This document shows, in pieces, positions 60,401 through 64,000 of a stretch of DNA of 64,000 nt (its first letter is position 1; each line of letters starts with the position of its first letter). The translations under genes were made by a program, and so were the position numbers. The DNA is taken from the NCBI GenBank assembly GCA_039815185.1, contig JBCBZT010000022.1, forward strand, positions 59,792 through 123,791, given 5' to 3'. This stretch comes from Cyanobacteria bacterium P01_A01_bin.123. GTDB taxonomy: Bacteria > Cyanobacteriota > Cyanobacteriia > Phormidesmidales > Phormidesmidaceae. The notes below the pieces were generated by a model. It had not been told where the DNA came from and did not search any database. It saw only the letters and a program-made list of their open reading frames with translations.

Positions 60401-60813
60401 CCTTGTTTCTCTATGGCAGTACCTCCCAAAAACAGCGCGACGCGATGGTCGATCGATTTCAGCATGACCCCAACGGCCCGCGCCTGTTTATCTTGTCTCT
60501 TAAGGCTGGAGGGGTAGGCCTGAATCTCACCCGCGCTAACCATGTGTTTCACTTTGATCGCTGGTGGAATCCCGCTGTCGAAAACCAAGCGACTGACCGC
60601 GCCTTTCGCATCGGTCAAACCCGCAATGTTCAAGTCCATAAATTTGTCTGTACTGGCACCCTAGAAGAGCGGATTCACGAACTGATTGAAAGCAAAAAGG
60701 CCTTGTCTGAGCAAGTTGTCGGGACTGGCGAACGATGGCTCACCGAACTGGACGCGGATCAACTCAGGAATCTATTAATGCTAGATCGCAGTGCAGTTAT
60801 TCAAGACGCTTAG
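57487..60813 (+). CDS. SNF2/SWI2-family helicase-like ATPase
   Basis: MAILHGSW start; LADDMGLGKT, DEAQ, TGTPVENRL, QATDRAFRIGQ. Confidence 0.95.
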   Translation: MAILHGSWIFHEQRFFVWGETWRRLEANEFPPLVPPGPYPYGLTQTELIELLRPYAQTPGRATPDESVVMQLPAHLFAADEIGVLTPSKRRPSRNQGGIKAKGQYKKAKSEESWRSQAVGLPTQQADTTLIPRLSTTAEASVAASAESTPMADPVATSELTLFPWMVTGLWLTPREAFALLKSLPLGDSSSGLSLIGPDLRFWAHVTRWALDLMARSKFLPTVEQAPEGAIAIWQPLLDSAVDQQRLRQYALHMPEVCRTYQRQQIPKASEFPKLDCPPPASTLLVNFLAALLNQDIRATAQSQPFPPSTPLGNELPLRDWLQALAAEDVQFASNLTATLRLKEALSTWTAPLQNLQAGQTAAFCAAFCLNPPPQGQLDWTLSYGLQATDDPKFWVGAGVIWQHPVDSLTQGDRVIDTPQETLLAGLGRAARLYEPIAASLDQQQPQACSLNPVQAYEFIKSTAWKLQDSGFGTVLPPSLVDQTGDWADRLGLSVRAEAPSRKQRKSLGLKSLLNFKWELTIGGETLSKADFERLVALKTPLVEINGKWVELRPQDIKAAQDFFGSRKQQTNLSIEDALRISTGDAQTIEKLPVVSFEAAGALDELITTLTTGNQALEPLSEPDGFKGALRPYQARGVSWLAFLEQWGLGACLADDMGLGKTIQLIAFLLHLKQQDLLEQPILLVCPTSVLGNWDREVRRFAPPLKTLIYHGDKRPHGSAFERAVTAVNLVITSYALVQRDLKDLKRVDWQGIVLDEAQNIKNPEAKQSQAVRDIDAQFRIALTGTPVENRLSELWSILDFLNPGYLGPRNFFQRRFATPIERYGDTASLKTLRSLVQPFILRRLKTDRSIIQDLPEKQEMSVFCGLTAEQASLYQKLVDDSLATIDDAEGVQRRGLILGLLVKLKQVCNHPAHFLQQKSLGKRDRSGKLQRLDEMLEELLSEGDRALIFTQFAEWGTLLKTHLERQLSAETLFLYGSTSQKQRDAMVDRFQHDPNGPRLFILSLKAGGVGLNLTRANHVFHFDRWWNPAVENQATDRAFRIGQTRNVQVHKFVCTGTLEERIHELIESKKALSEQVVGTGERWLTELDADQLRNLLMLDRSAVIQDA

Positions 60814-60841
60814 CCCATTAAACCTTGTCTAAGGCCAGACC

Positions 60842-60867
60842 GGGAGTTTTGCTACGGGAAAACTCCC
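60842..60867. terminator. Hairpin after the SNF2 gene
   Basis: GGGAGTTTT-gctacggg-AAAACTCCC; no U-tract. Confidence 0.4.
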
Positions 60868-61304
60868 TATCCCTATCCCTAGCTGGACTTGGCATCGGCT
60901 AGCCTTCGGCGCAATGCAGAAATGGGAAAGGGCCAGTTTCGTAAATGTTCAGGAATCTCCATCACTCCTGCTGTAGAGATTCCTACCCCTAAGCACAGAG
61001 CAGCTGCAAAATCTATTTGCAGGCCTTTGTGTGATGCCAAGAGCACAGGACTTGTGAGCAATCAGTCGTTTGGCGATGACCTGGGTCACTCCTGTCCTCA
61101 AAGTGGTTCTCTATACTTTTGACACAGTGGGTTGAGCTGCAAACTCCAGACGATTATGACCCTGGCGCAATCGCCAGCTTAGTCAATTGGGCAGTTTTAC
61201 GGAACCCCCCACTTGTGGATAAGTCTTCACTACTTGGGAAGACTAAACCCAGAGAAACGCCATTTCTTGCCCCATCCAATCTGGAGCCACTCAGAGCAAT
61301 CGTT

Positions 61305-62576
61305 ATGATAGCCACTTCCTACCTCAACGAAGCAGAGTCCATGGTCATAGGCACTAATGCTGAGGGTCCTGAACTTCCTAAAAATCTTGATGAAGAAGCC
61401 ACAAACTTCGCCCTCGGCAATCTAAACGATGCCGACCTTGAGTCGGAAAATGAGGGGGTTAGTGCTGCTAACGTCAATTCCTCTACCCATCGGCGAACCA
61501 ACGACTTAGTTCGCCTGTATCTCCAGGAAATTGGCCGGGTGCGTTTATTGCGCCGCGATGAGGAAGTTGCAGAAGCTCAGCTGGTACAGCAGTATATGGA
61601 GCTGCTGGAGCAGCGCAATCAAGCGGCTGAAAAAGAAGGCGGTATCCTCAAAACCTATGTGGATTTGATGGAAACCCGCGATCGCTTGACGGCCCAGTTG
61701 GGTCACCGTCCTTCTCTAGAGCGCTGGGCTAAAACCGCAGGGATTGAAGCTCAAACTTTAAAGCCTTCTCTATCCCAGGGAAAGAAACACTGGGCTGAAA
61801 CGGCTTCGCTCTCGGTACAGGCACTAGAAAAAGCTATTGCCGAAGGACTACGGGCCAAAGAACACATGATCAAGGCCAACCTGAGATTGGTGGTCTCTGT
61901 GGCTAAAAAATATCAAAATCGGGGTCTTGAACTTCTAGACTTGATTCAAGAAGGCACCTTAGGGTTAGAGCGGGCGGTCGAAAAGTTTGACCCTACCAAA
62001 GGGTATCGCTTTAGCACCTATGCCTACTGGTGGATTCGCCAAGGGATTACTCGGGCGATCGCGACCCAAAGCCGCACTATTCGTCTACCGGTTCACATCA
62101 CCGAAAAACTCAACAAGATCAAAAAAGCTCAGCGCAAGATTTCCCAGGACAAGGGACGGACAGCCACTGTTGAGGACATCGGCAAGGAGCTAGACATGGA
62201 ACCCTCGCAGGTGCGTGAAGTCTTGCTGCGGGTGCCGCGGGCTGTATCTCTCGAAACGAAGGTGGGCAAAGAGCGCGATACTGAACTGGGCGATTTGCTT
62301 GAAACCGACAGCATCTCCCCCGAGGAAAGCCTGATGCGTGACTCCCTCCGCCGTGACTTGCAGCAGCTTCTAGCTGATCTGACCAGTCGCGAGCGTGACG
62401 TGATTCACCTGCGCTTTGGTTTAGGGGATGGCACTCCCTGCTCCCTAGCTGAAATTGGTCGGGTACTAGACCTCTCACGGGAGCGCGTGCGGCAAATCGA
62501 GTCCAAGGCGCTGCAAAAACTACGCCAACCCAAACGCCGTAACCGCGTTCGCGATTATCTAGAAGCCCTCAACTAG
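61305..62576 (+). CDS. sigC: Group 2 RNA polymerase sigma factor SigC
   Basis: DLVRLYLQEIGRVRLL, ANLRLVVSVAKKY, FSTYAYWWIRQGITRAIA, SRERVRQIE. The long non-conserved region and RRNRVRDYLE end fit SigC; ATG 61305 preferred. Confidence 0.88.
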   Translation: MIATSYLNEAESMVIGTNAEGPELPKNLDEEATNFALGNLNDADLESENEGVSAANVNSSTHRRTNDLVRLYLQEIGRVRLLRRDEEVAEAQLVQQYMELLEQRNQAAEKEGGILKTYVDLMETRDRLTAQLGHRPSLERWAKTAGIEAQTLKPSLSQGKKHWAETASLSVQALEKAIAEGLRAKEHMIKANLRLVVSVAKKYQNRGLELLDLIQEGTLGLERAVEKFDPTKGYRFSTYAYWWIRQGITRAIATQSRTIRLPVHITEKLNKIKKAQRKISQDKGRTATVEDIGKELDMEPSQVREVLLRVPRAVSLETKVGKERDTELGDLLETDSISPEESLMRDSLRRDLQQLLADLTSRERDVIHLRFGLGDGTPCSLAEIGRVLDLSRERVRQIESKALQKLRQPKRRNRVRDYLEALN

Positions 62577-62605
62577 TCTAGGGTTAGTTCTCTCCGCTGA
62601 TTCCT

Positions 62606-62640
62606 GTCGCTGCGAAACTTAATTCGCAGCGACTTTATTT
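62606..62640 (+). terminator. Intrinsic terminator of sigC
   Basis: GTCGCTGCGAA-acttaa-TTCGCAGCGAC followed by TTTATTT. Confidence 0.8.
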
Positions 62641-62693
62641 TGGCTACTAATGTCACACTCCCAAGCATTATTAAAATTTATCGAAGCAGCAGC

Positions 62694-64000
62694 CTATGGC
62701 CACTGTTGACAGACTTCTCGGACAGATTGAAGAATCTCTGTAAAGGCTTCATCATCGGCCAAACGAATAATCGTAGGTCTCACATTCGGCAATATTTCAA
62801 TTAGCTCTTTGCGATCCTGATAAGCCAAAATGTTGAGCATTTTCTCCCAGTCGTCAAAATGAATAGAGAGAGTCTCTAATTGAGGCAACAATTTACTTAG
62901 CACGATAGCAGAGAAGTATTGCTCCTTGAATGTCCATACACTTTCTAGAATTTTTGGCAATATCTCCGCCGGTAAATGCTTCGACATTCCAATCAGCGCA
63001 TCAGACCGAGAAGATTCAGACTGGATGCCACGTGTCACCTCTAGGGCTTCTGGCCATAGCTCCGCCGGCAAATGCTTCGACATTCTAATCAGCGCATCAG
63101 ACTGAGAAGATTCATCCTGGATGCCACGTGTCACCTCTAGGGCTTCTGGCCATAGCTCCGCCGGCAAATGCTTCGACATTCTAATCAGCGCCTGAGACCG
63201 ATAAGATTCAGACTGGATGCCACGTGTCACCTCTAGGGCTTCTGGCCATAGCTCTGTCGGCAACTGCTTCGACAGCTCAATCAGCGCACGAGACCGAGAA
63301 GATTCATTCTGGATGCCACGTGTCACCTCTAGGGCTTCCGGCCATAGCTCTGTCGGCATCTGCTTCGACAGCCCAATCAGCGCATCAGACCGAGAAGATT
63401 CATCCTGGATGCCACGTGTCACCTCTAGGGCTTCTGGCATTAGCTCCGGCAACTGCTTCGACAGCTCAATCAGCGCACGAGACCGAGACTCTTCATCCTG
63501 GATGCCACGAATCACCTCTAAGGCTTCTGGCCATAGCTCCGCCGGCAACTGCTTCGACAGCTCAATCAGCGCACGAGACCGATAATATTCAGACTGGATG
63601 CCACGTGTCACCTCTAGGGCTTCTGGCCATAGCTCTGCCGGCAACTGCTTCGACAGCTCAATCAGCGCATCAGACCGATAAGATTCAGACTGGATGCTAC
63701 GTGTCACCTCTAGGGCTTCTGGCATTAGCTCCGCCGGCAACTGCTTCGACATTCCAATCAGCGCATGAGACCGATAAGATTCATCCTGGATGCCACGTGT
63801 CACCTCTAGGGCTTCTGGCATTAGCTCTGTCGGCAACTGCTTCGACAGCTCAATCAGCGCATGAGACCGATAAGATTCAGACTGGATGCCACGTGTCACC
63901 TCTAGGGCTTCTGGCATTAGCTCTGCCGGCAACTGCTTCGACAGCTCAATCAGCGCACGAGACCGATAAGATTCAGACTGGATGCCACGTGTCACCTCTA
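62694..64000 (-). CDS. C-terminal part of a tandem alpha-helical repeat protein, probably a STAND/NLR-like protein (5'-partial)
   Basis: Frame is open to the window edge. About 11 repeats of 32 aa, then a cap ending VREVCQQWP, resembling the ends of cyanobacterial NB-ARC/NACHT repeat proteins. No NTPase domain is visible in the window. Confidence 0.75.
   Translation of the reverse strand, partial: EVTRGIQSESYRSRALIELSKQLPAELMPEALEVTRGIQSESYRSHALIELSKQLPTELMPEALEVTRGIQDESYRSHALIGMSKQLPAELMPEALEVTRSIQSESYRSDALIELSKQLPAELWPEALEVTRGIQSEYYRSRALIELSKQLPAELWPEALEVIRGIQDEESRSRALIELSKQLPELMPEALEVTRGIQDESSRSDALIGLSKQMPTELWPEALEVTRGIQNESSRSRALIELSKQLPTELWPEALEVTRGIQSESYRSQALIRMSKHLPAELWPEALEVTRGIQDESSQSDALIRMSKHLPAELWPEALEVTRGIQSESSRSDALIGMSKHLPAEILPKILESVWTFKEQYFSAIVLSKLLPQLETLSIHFDDWEKMLNILAYQDRKELIEILPNVRPTIIRLADDEAFTEILQSVREVCQQWP
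62965..64000 (-). repeat. Coding tandem array of near-identical 96-bp units (one 93-bp unit)
   Basis: GATGCCACGTGTCACCTCTAGGGCTTC, or a close variant, recurs every 96 bp from about 63025 to about 63981. Confidence 0.95.

Noticed and set aside
54751..61304. Long N-terminal extensions given by the ORF track for the PEP-CTERM, GST, SNF2 and sigC genes
   Set aside because: Family-typical N-termini begin at downstream starts (54750/54741, 57072, 57487, 61305).
62965..64000. CRISPR array or DGR target interpretation of the 96-bp repeats
   Set aside because: The units are contiguous and in-frame with no unique spacers. Many variable codons are NNT, but there are exceptions (GAG, CAG), and no reverse transcriptase or template repeat is seen in the window.

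Overview
Chromosomal window from a cyanobacterium, judged from the very frequent HIP1 octamer GCGATCGC, sigC and a PEP-CTERM gene. It is probably a filamentous, Leptolyngbya/Nodosilinea-like strain (inference). Left end: a 5'-truncated giant protein with two DUF4157 (eCIS core) domains, a YbjN-domain protein, a membrane pseudokinase fused to a PstS-like domain and a CDC48-type AAA ATPase. This may be the edge of a contractile injection system locus. Next come two inverted 105-bp palindromic MITE-like elements bracketing a CDF metal transporter and an unannotated 47-aa zinc-ribbon gene. A housekeeping block follows (Ser/Thr kinase, bioD, M20 amidohydrolase, rhomboid, cobS, tgt), then a TonB-dependent iron/heme uptake operon preceded by collapsed exbB-exbD remnants. 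Further on, a collapsed ggpS pseudogene faces a sugar MFS and an MFS-HEAT-cNMP fusion. The most interesting item is a co-oriented lipid cluster at 40.9-46.4 kb: OleA-like thiolase, AlkB-like di-iron enzyme, SDR, sulfotransferase, small ORF and desaturase, with no oleB/oleC/oleD in the window. It may make an undescribed sulfated lipid or hydrocarbon. Right part: VWA lipoprotein pair, TPR protein, a second AT-rich sulfotransferase, GPH transporter, PRTase, PEP-CTERM protein, cysC, GST, SNF2 helicase, sigC, and the 3' end of a protein made of near-identical 96-bp repeats with hypervariable codons. No rRNA, tRNA, CRISPR array or intact transposase was recognised. All family assignments come from motif recognition by eye, not database searches.
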